A DNA stretch of 59,100 nt from Candidatus Uhrbacteria bacterium RIFCSPLOWO2_01_FULL_47_17. Its GTDB lineage: Bacteria > Patescibacteriota > Patescibacteriia > UBA9934 > GWF2-40-263. The position numbers were made by a program, and so were the translations under genes. Numbering within the stretch: the first letter of the stretch is position 1; every line of letters begins with the position of its first letter. Under the pieces are notes generated by a model. That model ran no database searches and was not told the origin of the DNA. It saw nothing but the letters and a program-made list of their open reading frames with translations. Positions 25,397 to 34,172 of the stretch are shown piece after piece. The stretch spans positions 1 through 59,100 of the forward strand of contig MGEI01000004.1 in NCBI GenBank assembly GCA_001791305.1. The letters are read 5' to 3'.

Positions 25397-25909
25397 ATGG
25401 AACAAGAACTTCTGGCCGAGACTTCCGAATCCCGTCCGAATGCCACGCGATTCGCTGAGTATTTTGGTGGAACGGTGGCTGTCATTCTTTGCATCATGCT
25501 CACCTTCGCGCATTTTGTGTCTTGGGATTTTGCGTACATCATGGCCTTGTCTTCGTGTGTCCTCGGTGGGCATCTCTGTTTCTATCGTTTCGAGGAACGC
25601 GAGGCTCCTACTCAGATGATCGCTGGAGCGTGTGCTGTCTTGTTTATCGGCGGTATGACGGTTCCGTTTACAGCAAGCTTTCTTCGCATCCTCGGCGTGC
25701 CGGATCGCTCATTGGGATGGATGGTTCTTATGAGTGTTTGCAGTATCGGTGTATGGGTGGCATTCATTGAATTCATCGATCGCGCGGTCAGGCGTCATGG
25801 GTCGGATCAACAAATGGCATACCCAAAATGGCTGGTCATGCTCGCTGGCGCAACTTCCTCCGCTCTTTTTCTGATCATCGTCTTTGCCTCCGGTGTGAAG
25901 ATGACATGA
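25397..25909 (+). CDS. hypothetical polytopic membrane protein
   Basis: Four to five hydrophobic segments. ATG at 25397 after GAGGTG. Confidence 0.5.
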   Translation: MEQELLAETSESRPNATRFAEYFGGTVAVILCIMLTFAHFVSWDFAYIMALSSCVLGGHLCFYRFEEREAPTQMIAGACAVLFIGGMTVPFTASFLRILGVPDRSLGWMVLMSVCSIGVWVAFIEFIDRAVRRHGSDQQMAYPKWLVMLAGATSSALFLIIVFASGVKMT

Positions 25910-25925
25910 CAACGCATCCTCTTTT

Positions 25926-25950
25926 TCGATCCTTGTGGGTCGATTTTTTT
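25926..25950 (+). terminator. intrinsic terminator
   Basis: TCGATCC-TTGT-GGGTCGA followed by T7. Confidence 0.65.
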
Positions 25951-25957
25951 GTCTCTT

Positions 25958-25986
25958 TTGACTCTCCTCATTTTTTTTGCTATTAT
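25958..25986 (+). promoter_or_regulatory. sigma70-like promoter
   Basis: TTGACT-N17-TATTAT ending 12 nt before the ATG at 25998, implying a very short leader. Confidence 0.45.
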
Positions 25987-25997
25987 TTGATTAAATT

Positions 25998-26402
25998 ATG
26001 CCAGTCCTCTCACCACTCAAATATCGACTTTCTCTTTTGCGAGATGTTCTCTTCGGTGATCAAGAAATCATCGGAGAGGTTTTGGTTTGTCATCAAAATA
26101 AATTGTCAGGTAAAAGCGTGCAGGTCTCTTGGCAAAGAGATGGCAAATACATCGTCGGATCCATTTTTATGGATGGTCAAAAATTCATGACACAAGCACT
26201 CTCTGCGAAAGAGTTTGTTGAAATGGTAAATGATACGATTTATGCCGCTTATGACATTCCGCCAAAATACATAAAGAAACTTGGTTCGGATTATTATTTT
26301 CGTCCTTCTCAAGAAGAATTTGAAAAATTAAATAATCAAGCGGTAAAAAAAGCTGTTTTTAATTTTAGTGGAACAATGCAAAAAATACCTGCCGTTGCTT
26401 AA
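25998..26402 (+). CDS. possible HicB-like antitoxin
   Basis: Gene pair with the downstream HicA-like ORF. Central block GKYIVGSIF.DG..FMTQALSAKEFVEMVNDTI resembles the HicB/UPF0150 fold signature. Weak. Confidence 0.3.
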   Translation: MPVLSPLKYRLSLLRDVLFGDQEIIGEVLVCHQNKLSGKSVQVSWQRDGKYIVGSIFMDGQKFMTQALSAKEFVEMVNDTIYAAYDIPPKYIKKLGSDYYFRPSQEEFEKLNNQAVKKAVFNFSGTMQKIPAVA

Positions 26403-26408
26403 AATTTT

Positions 26409-26660
26409 ATGGGGGAATATGCTGATGTAAAACGTAAAAAGATTCTTAGAATGTTGGAATGGCTTAAAACACAATCAGGATTTTCTGTCGATAACGGAGG
26501 TGATCACCAATGGGTGATCCGACATATCGCCTGGAAAAGACCATTTCCAATTTCGTTTAAGCATGAGGTGATGAATAAGTTTATTCTTAAAGAACTGGTA
26601 GGGAAAATTGTAGCAACAGGTGTTTGTACCAAGGAACAATTTGATGAACATTTGAAATAA
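26409..26660 (+). CDS. possible HicA-like toxin
   Basis: 83 aa. KKILRMLEWLKTQSGFSVDNGGDHQWVIRH parallels the HicA pattern (L..L...GF......GSH). Weak. Confidence 0.35.
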   Translation: MGEYADVKRKKILRMLEWLKTQSGFSVDNGGDHQWVIRHIAWKRPFPISFKHEVMNKFILKELVGKIVATGVCTKEQFDEHLK

Positions 26661-26661
26661 A

Positions 26662-26698
26662 GATCGTTTTGTCGACGTTAACAAAACGATCGTTTTGT
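26662..26698 (+). terminator. intrinsic terminator
   Basis: GATCGTTTTGT-8 nt-ACAAAACGATC (11-bp perfect stem) followed by a T-rich tail. Confidence 0.65.
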
Positions 26699-26750
26699 TA
26701 TCCCCACAACCCTTGATTCATCGTCTCAAATAGAGGAAAATGGACGCGTT

Positions 26751-28865
26751 ATGAAAGAAATCATCCTCACCGATTCTCCCGCCTTCGACTCGAACATTGA
26801 TTATCGCAAGGAATTGAATGAAGAGCAGCTCTCGGTCGTAGAAAACGGCGACGGGGCGTGTTTGGTTTTGGCGGGAGCGGGATCGGGGAAGACACGGACG
26901 ATTACGTATCGCGTCGCATATCTTCTCGAACGCGGGGTCGCACCGCAGAATATTTTGTTGCTGACGTTTACGAATAAAGCGTCGAAGGAAATGCTTGCGC
27001 GTGTGGAGTCGCTGCTCGGTTCATATCCGAAGGGACTTTGGGGAGGCACATTCCACTCAGTGGCGAATCGCATTCTGCGTATGTACGCGGACGCAATTGG
27101 CTTTACGCAGAACTTTACGATTCTCGATAGCGAAGATTCTGAATCGCTCATCAAAACGATTTTGAAAGAATTACAGGTCGACACAAGCGAGCGACGATTT
27201 CCATCCGCGTCGAAGTTGAACTCGATTTTGAGTTACGCGCGTAATGCCGGTCGATCCATTAAACAAATTGTCGAAGAGAAGCACGAACACTTTTTTGATC
27301 TGATTCCAACCATTGAACGCATCGGTGAGGTTTACGAGCTTCGCAAACGCCAAGCGGACGCGATGGACTTTGATGATCTTCTCATTCGACTGCGCGATCT
27401 TCTCGTTCAAAACCCCGTTGTACGCGACCGGCTCGCGATGCAGTTCGAATATGTCCTCGTCGATGAGTATCAGGACACGAACATGCTCCAGGCGCAGTTG
27501 ATCAATATGCTCGCGAGTGTGCATAAAAATATTCTCGTTGTGGGCGATGACGCACAATCCATTTACTCGTTTCGTGCGGCTGAGATCAAAAATATCTTGT
27601 CGTTTCCGGATCAGTACGGAAGCGCAAAGACCTTTCGGCTTATGACGAACTACCGCTCGTCACCCGAGATTTTGTCGATTGCGAATGATTCGATTGCGAA
27701 TAATAAAAATCAATTCAAGAAAGATTTAACGGCTGTTCGAGGAAGCTCGGAGAAACCACAACTGGTTCCGGCCGCGAACGCGCCGCAAGAAGCGCAGTTT
27801 ATTGCGCAACAAATCACAACGCTTCGAGATGCAGGCACACCACTTCGCGAAATCGCCGTGCTGTTTCGTGCCGCATTCCATTCGCAGATGCTCGAACTTG
27901 AACTCATGCGTCGAGATCTTCCATACGAGTATCGTGGAGGTTTGAAGTTTTTCGAACGCGCACACATTAAAGATCTGGTGATGCACTTGCGCATCAAGGC
28001 GAACTTGAAAGACGAAGTGGCATGGATGCGTGTGCTTGGATTGCAAACGGGAATCGGACTCGTGACGGCACAAAAAATGATTTCGCAAATTCACGGATTT
28101 GAGTCTCTCGAGGAGCTCGTCGAACAGTCGATCGGAAGCGGCGCGCGCGCATCGGCCGGATGGAAGACGCTCGCGGTCACGCTCAAAAAGTTTTCGCAAC
28201 AGTCTCTACCAGCAGATCTTATTCGCACGGTCGCATCGAGTGAGTACCGCGCGTACCTCGAGGCTGAGTATCCAGATTTTAACGATCGTTGCGAGGACAT
28301 CGAGCAATTTGCAATCTTTGCCGAGCAATACAAAGATCTCACGACATTTCTCACAGACGTTTCGCTCACGAGCGACTACGGGATTCTCGACGAAGAAACA
28401 CACGGCGATGAAGAGCGATTAATCCTCTCAACCATCCACCAAGCGAAAGGTCTTGAATGGGACGCGGTTTTTATCATGAACCTCGTTGATGGGAAGTTTC
28501 CGAATGGTCGCGCACTCGAGGAACGAGATGGGCTTGAAGAAGAACGCCGATTGTTTTACGTTGCAACTACGCGTGCACGAAAGTTTCTTTACTACACGTA
28601 TCCACTCGTGACCGGAACAGAATCGCTTTTGTTCAACCAACCATCCATGTTCCTCCAAGAACTTGATCCTGCTATGATGGAGGAAGTGAAACTTAAACGA
28701 GAGGTCGCGAAACAAACAACTTCGTGGAATACCACGGAATGGGATTCGTCAGAATGGGATTCCTCGAGCAGTGATGATGGACCAGCGATTGTGTTGGATG
28801 ATTTTGGGGAAGAGGTGAAAAAGAAGACTGTGAAGTCGAGTGGAAGTTTTTTGAGGGACGTATAA
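26751..28865 (+). CDS. UvrD/PcrA/Rep-family ATP-dependent DNA helicase
   Basis: Walker A AGAGSGKTRT. VDEYQDTN, VGDDAQSIYSFR, TIHQAKGLEW and YVATTRAR motifs. Confidence 0.9.
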   Translation: MKEIILTDSPAFDSNIDYRKELNEEQLSVVENGDGACLVLAGAGSGKTRTITYRVAYLLERGVAPQNILLLTFTNKASKEMLARVESLLGSYPKGLWGGTFHSVANRILRMYADAIGFTQNFTILDSEDSESLIKTILKELQVDTSERRFPSASKLNSILSYARNAGRSIKQIVEEKHEHFFDLIPTIERIGEVYELRKRQADAMDFDDLLIRLRDLLVQNPVVRDRLAMQFEYVLVDEYQDTNMLQAQLINMLASVHKNILVVGDDAQSIYSFRAAEIKNILSFPDQYGSAKTFRLMTNYRSSPEILSIANDSIANNKNQFKKDLTAVRGSSEKPQLVPAANAPQEAQFIAQQITTLRDAGTPLREIAVLFRAAFHSQMLELELMRRDLPYEYRGGLKFFERAHIKDLVMHLRIKANLKDEVAWMRVLGLQTGIGLVTAQKMISQIHGFESLEELVEQSIGSGARASAGWKTLAVTLKKFSQQSLPADLIRTVASSEYRAYLEAEYPDFNDRCEDIEQFAIFAEQYKDLTTFLTDVSLTSDYGILDEETHGDEERLILSTIHQAKGLEWDAVFIMNLVDGKFPNGRALEERDGLEEERRLFYVATTRARKFLYYTYPLVTGTESLLFNQPSMFLQELDPAMMEEVKLKREVAKQTTSWNTTEWDSSEWDSSSSDDGPAIVLDDFGEEVKKKTVKSSGSFLRDV

Positions 28866-28870
28866 AAAAA

Positions 28871-29482
28871 TCACCCAGGAGGTGATAAAAAAATTTTTGC
28901 TTGCAATGCGTAGTGTGCGCTCACACACATAACAAGGCTGACCATAATGATTCCTCGAAGTGCGTAGATGACCGCAAGTGTGTCGTAATCGAGGATTGCG
29001 GGTACGAGTCCGACGAAGCCCGCCAAAAGCACGATGCTCCACGTCTGAAATGATTCTGTGTTTTTCTTCCAGCTAATCATTCGGTGAATTGTTGGAATGT
29101 AGCCGATCATGATGAGCATCTGCGCAAGTAAATTTGCGGTCATTGCATTTTCGGTAAGTTTCCATACCATGACGATGCATATTGCGACAATGATCGAAAA
29201 CTTTTCAAGAACGGTAAACGGAACAGAACGATTTCCCCAGAGCCACACGGCTACAAACGAAAGGCCAGTGCAAGTGAAGTCCATGATGTTTAAGATACCG
29301 GATTGTAGATCATGCTTCTTGAATGTCACGTATGTCCCAATGCTGATGCCTGTGCCAAGCAAGAAAATGAACCAGGTGGTCACGGGCGGGGTGGTTTCTT
29401 TTTTCCGTACGTTCGAAATGAATCGAACGACAAATCCAATCTCAATGATTGCGACAAGCCAAATACATATCTCTTTGATCAC
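28871..29482 (-). CDS. hypothetical polytopic membrane protein
   Basis: 203 aa with 6-7 hydrophobic segments. No family recognised. Confidence 0.5.
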   Translation of the reverse strand: MIKEICIWLVAIIEIGFVVRFISNVRKKETTPPVTTWFIFLLGTGISIGTYVTFKKHDLQSGILNIMDFTCTGLSFVAVWLWGNRSVPFTVLEKFSIIVAICIVMVWKLTENAMTANLLAQMLIMIGYIPTIHRMISWKKNTESFQTWSIVLLAGFVGLVPAILDYDTLAVIYALRGIIMVSLVMCVSAHYALQAKIFLSPPG

Positions 29483-29548
29483 GATTGCCTCCGTCTATAT
29501 CTGATCGACAGACATAAAAATCTAGCAGTGAATGTAAAAATTGTCAAT

Positions 29549-30691
29549 ATGAACTCCTCAGAACAATCCTTGATTGAACACAAAAAACATCACGGTAAAC
29601 TCTCGATTGCCTCAACCTTCCCGCTTGAAACGCGCGAGGATCTTTCGGTTGCGTATACACCGGGTGTTGCGGAGCCGTGCCGCGTGATCGCAAAGAATAA
29701 AGAGCTTGCGTACGACTACACCATCAAAGGCCGATCGGTCGCGGTCGTTACAGATGGATCAGCTGTACTTGGTCTTGGAAACATTGGACCAGAAGCTGGG
29801 CTGCCTGTCATGGAAGGCAAGGCGGTTTTGTTTAAGCGATTCGCAAATATCGATGCATACCCAATTTGTCTTGCCACACAAAACGTGGACGAAATTGTTG
29901 CTACCGTGAAAAATATTTCTCCTGGATTCGGCGGAATCAATCTTGAAGACATCTCTGCACCGAACTGTTTCGAAGTCGAACGTCGGTTGATCGAGGAACT
30001 CGACATCCCTGTGATGCATGATGATCAGCATGGAACAGCCGTGGTTGTTCTCGCTGGACTTCTCAACGCGCTCAAGCTCGCCGAGAAAAAAATCGAAGAT
30101 GTTCATGCGGTTATATCCGGTGCGGGTGCAGCTGGGATGGGAGTTGTTTCGCTCCTCATGGAAGTTGGACTCAAACACATCGACATGATCGACTCGAAAG
30201 GGATGATTGCAGAAGGCCGAGAGGGAATGAATGATTCAAAGAATGCGCTTGCAGCTCGAATCAACCCCGAGAAGAAAACCGGCACGCTTGCGGATGCACT
30301 TCGTGGCGCCGACATCTTTATTGGTGTGAGTCAGCCGAATTTGCTTTCGATTGAGATGATTCAGTCGATGGCAGCAAAACCAATTGTGTTTGCGATGGCG
30401 AATCCGGTGCCTGAGATTATGCCGGACCTCGCGAAAGAAGCGGGGGTCTTCGTCATTGCAACCGGACGATCAGATTTTCCAAATCAAGTAAATAACGTGC
30501 TTGCGTTCCCGGGAATATTCAAAGGTGCGCTTGAAGGACGTATTCGAAAATTCACACCCGCGATGTTTATTGCTGCAGCACATGCGATTGCCGGAATGGT
30601 TCTTGAGCCTTCAACCGAGAAAATTTTACCTACGCCATTTGAACACGGAATTGCAGACGCGGTTGCGAATGCCGTTCGTGCATCTGTCTAA
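29549..30691 (+). CDS. NAD(P)-dependent malic enzyme (short form)
   Basis: LSVAYTPGVA, VVTDGSAVLGLGNIGP.AGLPVMEGKA.LFK, GGINLEDI and GAGAAG motifs. Confidence 0.9.
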   Translation: MNSSEQSLIEHKKHHGKLSIASTFPLETREDLSVAYTPGVAEPCRVIAKNKELAYDYTIKGRSVAVVTDGSAVLGLGNIGPEAGLPVMEGKAVLFKRFANIDAYPICLATQNVDEIVATVKNISPGFGGINLEDISAPNCFEVERRLIEELDIPVMHDDQHGTAVVVLAGLLNALKLAEKKIEDVHAVISGAGAAGMGVVSLLMEVGLKHIDMIDSKGMIAEGREGMNDSKNALAARINPEKKTGTLADALRGADIFIGVSQPNLLSIEMIQSMAAKPIVFAMANPVPEIMPDLAKEAGVFVIATGRSDFPNQVNNVLAFPGIFKGALEGRIRKFTPAMFIAAAHAIAGMVLEPSTEKILPTPFEHGIADAVANAVRASV

Positions 30692-30693
30692 GT

Positions 30694-31260
30694 ATGCGTT
30701 ATCGCCACTCGTATAAAGGATTACAACAGCGCACTTCGCGGTCTGGAGCGCGCATTCCTAATCATATTCATCTTTGGTTGATGATTGGTGGGTTTGTTGT
30801 TTTGTTTATTGTATCGGTCTTTTTCTTTCGCAACACGAAGCCAGAAAAAATCGTTGCCGCTACAGGAATTCTTGCCACCACAGAATCATCTGTCGCTTTC
30901 TCACCTGTTCCACCCCCAACATCGGACGCAACACTGATCGGCGTCTCTTCCCAAAAAGCTGTCGGAAGCGCTGCGCGTCTTTTGGAGAATGGAACATTTC
31001 ATTTGAATATACGAGCCACACTCCCGGGCATTGATCGAGAATCTCAATTTTTTCAAGCCTGGCTTGTGCGTCCGGTTCCATACGATTATTTTTCTGCCGG
31101 TGAACTCGTGACAAATGACCTCGGAACGTTTGTCCTCGATTGGGCTGGATCTGCAGACACGGATTATAACGGATACACAGATGTGGTCATCACATTACAA
31201 ACCCGAAACGGAGATCCGGATCCGCAGGTGCATATTGTGGAAGGGGAGTTTGGGAAATAA
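30694..31260 (+). CDS. membrane-anchored hypothetical protein, RskA-like C-terminal domain
   Basis: Single TM. C-terminal F.AWLV......SAG.L........TLQ...GDPDP...V.EG resembles the anti-sigma-K RskA C-domain. Low certainty. Confidence 0.4.
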   Translation: MRYRHSYKGLQQRTSRSGARIPNHIHLWLMIGGFVVLFIVSVFFFRNTKPEKIVAATGILATTESSVAFSPVPPPTSDATLIGVSSQKAVGSAARLLENGTFHLNIRATLPGIDRESQFFQAWLVRPVPYDYFSAGELVTNDLGTFVLDWAGSADTDYNGYTDVVITLQTRNGDPDPQVHIVEGEFGK

Positions 31261-32532
31261 TTACAGTTCATGATCATACCCAAGCCCACTCGCGCGATTT
31301 TGAAACGCGATCGGTAGCAGTGACGCGCGTGTCCAGGCCTTCGAGCCATAGCGCGTTTGAATTTTATCGAGAGCGGAAAGAACAGAAAGATTCTTCTGTT
31401 CTTTTTGAAATAGAGAGTTTGGCGCGGATGTGTGCGACAGGTGTGAGGTGCTGACGCCGAGGAGGCGTACGGGTTTGCTTCGATCGCGTATTTTCTCGAG
31501 CAGACCCCAGGCAATCTCAAACAACCGGAGACCATCGGCTGTGGCTTCTTTGAAAACATGTTGTTTACCATTGCCCGAAAAATCTCCGTATCGGACGTAT
31601 GTCGATACAGCATTCGCAACGAACCCATCGCGCCGCATGCGCCACGCAACTTTTTCGCACATGCCGAGGAGGTAACGTTGCATGAGCACGGGGTCGAATG
31701 TGTCTTTTGGTAAGGTGTACGAATGTCCGACGGACTTTGGATCCTCTTCTTCGATGGACACTTCGGATGTTTCTCGACCATACGCCGCCTCGTGTAACCA
31801 GTATCCGTACGAGCTAAACTCATCGACGAGTTCCTCGCGCGGGAATTCTCGCAGTTGTTTGAAGTTCCTGATACCAAGATCATTCAGTCTTCGCCCCATG
31901 CGCGGACCTATGCCGCACAGATCGGTGAGCTGAACTGAATCAAGACGTGTAATTGCGTCTTCTTTTCGAGTCAGAGTGATGCCATTTGGTTTCACGCATT
32001 CGCTTGAGAGTTTCGCGAGGAGTTTATTTGGTGCGATCCCTATCGAAGCGGTTATTCGTTCGCCGCATTCTTCTTTGAGTCTCTCGCGTAGACTATGTGC
32101 GAGGTACACAGCACCGAACCAATCTTTTGCTTGTTCTGTAATGTCGAGAAAAGATTCGTCGACACTGAATTCCTGAACAAGCGGGGTGAATTCAAAAAAA
32201 AGTTTATTAAAACGATGTGTGATTTCTGAATATTTTTCAGGATCACCTGTGATGAGAATCAAACTCGGACAAATCTTTTTTGCCTGCCACGTGGACATGG
32301 CGGTTTTCACGCCGAGTTTTTTTGCTTCGATAGACGCTGTTGCAACAATGGATCGTTCTGATCGTTTACCCGTAATCCCAATCGGCTTCCCACACAAAAA
32401 CGGATTCGCCTGTTGCTCGACCGAGGCGAAGTAGGAGTTCATGTCGATGTGAAGGATGATTTTATGCACAAAGCGGGTCTTGATTTTTGTTTTTAAACGT
32501 GTTACATTTTTACTGTTGTTATCGTGACCCAT
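31261..32532 (-). CDS. dinB: DNA polymerase IV
   Basis: ILHIDMNSYFASVEQ, DESFLD and LCGIG Y-family motifs. Confidence 0.9.
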   Translation of the reverse strand: MGHDNNSKNVTRLKTKIKTRFVHKIILHIDMNSYFASVEQQANPFLCGKPIGITGKRSERSIVATASIEAKKLGVKTAMSTWQAKKICPSLILITGDPEKYSEITHRFNKLFFEFTPLVQEFSVDESFLDITEQAKDWFGAVYLAHSLRERLKEECGERITASIGIAPNKLLAKLSSECVKPNGITLTRKEDAITRLDSVQLTDLCGIGPRMGRRLNDLGIRNFKQLREFPREELVDEFSSYGYWLHEAAYGRETSEVSIEEEDPKSVGHSYTLPKDTFDPVLMQRYLLGMCEKVAWRMRRDGFVANAVSTYVRYGDFSGNGKQHVFKEATADGLRLFEIAWGLLEKIRDRSKPVRLLGVSTSHLSHTSAPNSLFQKEQKNLSVLSALDKIQTRYGSKAWTRASLLPIAFQNRASGLGYDHEL

Positions 32533-32555
32533 TTAATTCATGTTGATTTTTTCTT

Positions 32556-32864
32556 ATGTTAACAAAAGAAGATTTGGGTCAAATCCGTGAGGTAGTTCGT
32601 GATGAGGTGACGGCCTCAGAAAAACGTGTAACCAAAACAATCATTGAAGCCGTTGGCCAGATGATTGATGATAATATCTTGCCGCAATTTGATGAAATCC
32701 ATGAAGAGATCGGAGAATTGAAGAAAGACGTAAAAGTCTTGAAACAAGATGTTTCTGAGATAAAACAAGAAATGCGTTCTATGAATGCAAAAATGGTCAC
32801 AAAGGGCGGGCTTGAAGATCGATTGGTTGATTTTCGTCTTTCTCTTTCTGGAACATCGGCCTAG
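32556..32864 (+). CDS. hypothetical coiled-coil protein
   Basis: 102-aa ORF with heptad-like E/K-rich sequence, followed by a bidirectional terminator. Confidence 0.4.
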   Translation: MLTKEDLGQIREVVRDEVTASEKRVTKTIIEAVGQMIDDNILPQFDEIHEEIGELKKDVKVLKQDVSEIKQEMRSMNAKMVTKGGLEDRLVDFRLSLSGTSA

Positions 32865-32871
32865 TTTATCG

Positions 32872-32896
32872 AAACACGCCCCAAAAGGGCGTGTTT
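32872..32896. terminator. bidirectional intrinsic terminator
   Basis: AAACACGCCC-caaaa-GGGCGTGTTT between convergent genes. Confidence 0.65.
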
Positions 32897-32899
32897 GCG

Positions 32900-33145
32900 T
32901 TATGAACTGTATACCTCGACCAAGTGCCATTCGAGCGTTTCTGTATCAAGTCGTAGTTTGAAATAATTTGCAATGTCTGAGACAGAGAAATAAAAGATTT
33001 TTTTCTGACCCTCTCGCGCCGTGTGCACAAGGTTTACGTTTTTAATGGAATAGTTGCGGTCGTTCCAGCGCATATGAAGCGGGCGCACGCGGCGATCGGC
33101 AAAGGTGGCGAGAACGTCAACGGAGTCATGGAGAATGTTGTGCAT
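32900..33145 (-). CDS. hypothetical 81-aa protein downstream of lexA
   Basis: ORF only. No SD. Same strand as lexA. Confidence 0.35.
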   Translation of the reverse strand: MHNILHDSVDVLATFADRRVRPLHMRWNDRNYSIKNVNLVHTAREGQKKIFYFSVSDIANYFKLRLDTETLEWHLVEVYSS

Positions 33146-33440
33146 ATGGGGAGGAGATGAGAGGAAAGGGGTTATGGTTAGAAATATTTACGATTGAGAG
33201 ATTTGAATACGTGACGACGCAATAATTTTTTCATACGTCGTCCGCTAATGGCTGCGAAAATGGATAATCGTTTTTTTGGAGCGGATTTATAGCGGCGAGC
33301 AATGGAAACATATGCGGGTTCACGATAGCCGAGTGCGTATGTGGGCATAAGCGAAAAATTAATTTCGAATTTTGGCAACAAAAAAACAAGGGTTGTTACG
33401 AATTAACGAATTGGCTACGAATCTACAAATGGGAAATTTA

Positions 33441-34079
33441 TTACACTGGCTGAAACTTGCGGATCACAGCTCTTACAACTCCCTGAATAATACAGTCCTG
33501 AACGTAAATAGGATCCATGGTTTTGTTTGCGGGTTGCAAGCGAATGCGTGATGGTTCGCGGTAAAATCGTTTGAGTGTTGCAAAGGCGTTATCAAGGAGA
33601 GCTACGACGACTTCTCCATTACGAGGGGAGGGGTTTCGTTCAATGACTACGAAGTCTCCGTCGAGAATTCCATCGTCGATCATTGACTGACCTTTGATTT
33701 TGAGAACGTACGAGTTTGCGCCATCCAAGACAAAGCTTGCTGGAACCGCCATTGTCTCGTTGTCTGTGATTGCCTCGATAGGTTGTCCGGCAGCAATGAG
33801 TCCCATCATTGGCAAATTGATGACATCTGCCGAAAGTCGGAAGCCCCTGTGGATAGGTTCTGGCTGTGCGACGAGTTCAATGGATCTTGCCTCACCTTCG
33901 TCTCCGATGCGGATCATGCCCTTATCAACAAGACTCTGAATGTGTCCGTGGACGGTTGCCGAAGAGGAGAGTTTGAGATGTTCACCGATTTCTCGGTAAG
34001 ACGGAGCATATCCACAATCTCGGATGTGATCTTTGATGAATTGCAGAACATCGTTCTGTTTTTTTGTTAAATTTCCCAT
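33441..34079 (-). CDS. lexA: LexA repressor
   Basis: wHTH N-terminus (LTKKQNDVLQFI...GYAPSYREIG). AG cleavage region. S24 peptidase GQSM...GI.DGD.VVI. Confidence 0.9.
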   Translation of the reverse strand: MGNLTKKQNDVLQFIKDHIRDCGYAPSYREIGEHLKLSSSATVHGHIQSLVDKGMIRIGDEGEARSIELVAQPEPIHRGFRLSADVINLPMMGLIAAGQPIEAITDNETMAVPASFVLDGANSYVLKIKGQSMIDDGILDGDFVVIERNPSPRNGEVVVALLDNAFATLKRFYREPSRIRLQPANKTMDPIYVQDCIIQGVVRAVIRKFQPV

Positions 34080-34086
34080 AATGTTT

Positions 34087-34110
34087 GTAGGGGAGGCTTG
34101 TGAGTCTCCC
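34087..34110 (-). repeat. GC hairpin plus CTAC tail upstream of lexA
   Basis: In the lexA sense: GGGAGAC-tcacaa-GCCTCCC-CTAC-aaacatt-ATG. Confidence 0.6.
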
Positions 34111-34118
34111 GTGCATAT

Positions 34119-34172
34119 GAACGATTAGTCGTTCGCGTTATGTTCGTATTCTAAACCGAACAAAAACCGAAC
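34119..34172. promoter_or_regulatory. cluster of GAAC/GTTC repeats, candidate LexA operators
   Basis: GAACGA-ttag-TCGTTC palindrome (34119-34134). GTTC-N7-GTTC (34131-34145). TGTTCG-N10-CGAACA (34141-34162). GAAC-N7-GAAC (34158-34172). Confidence 0.45.

Noticed and set aside
33178-33381. A 67-codon basic ORF between lexA and the 81-aa ORF.
   Set aside because: It has a TTG start, no SD and a highly basic, low-complexity sequence. It is mentioned in a finding but not listed as a feature.
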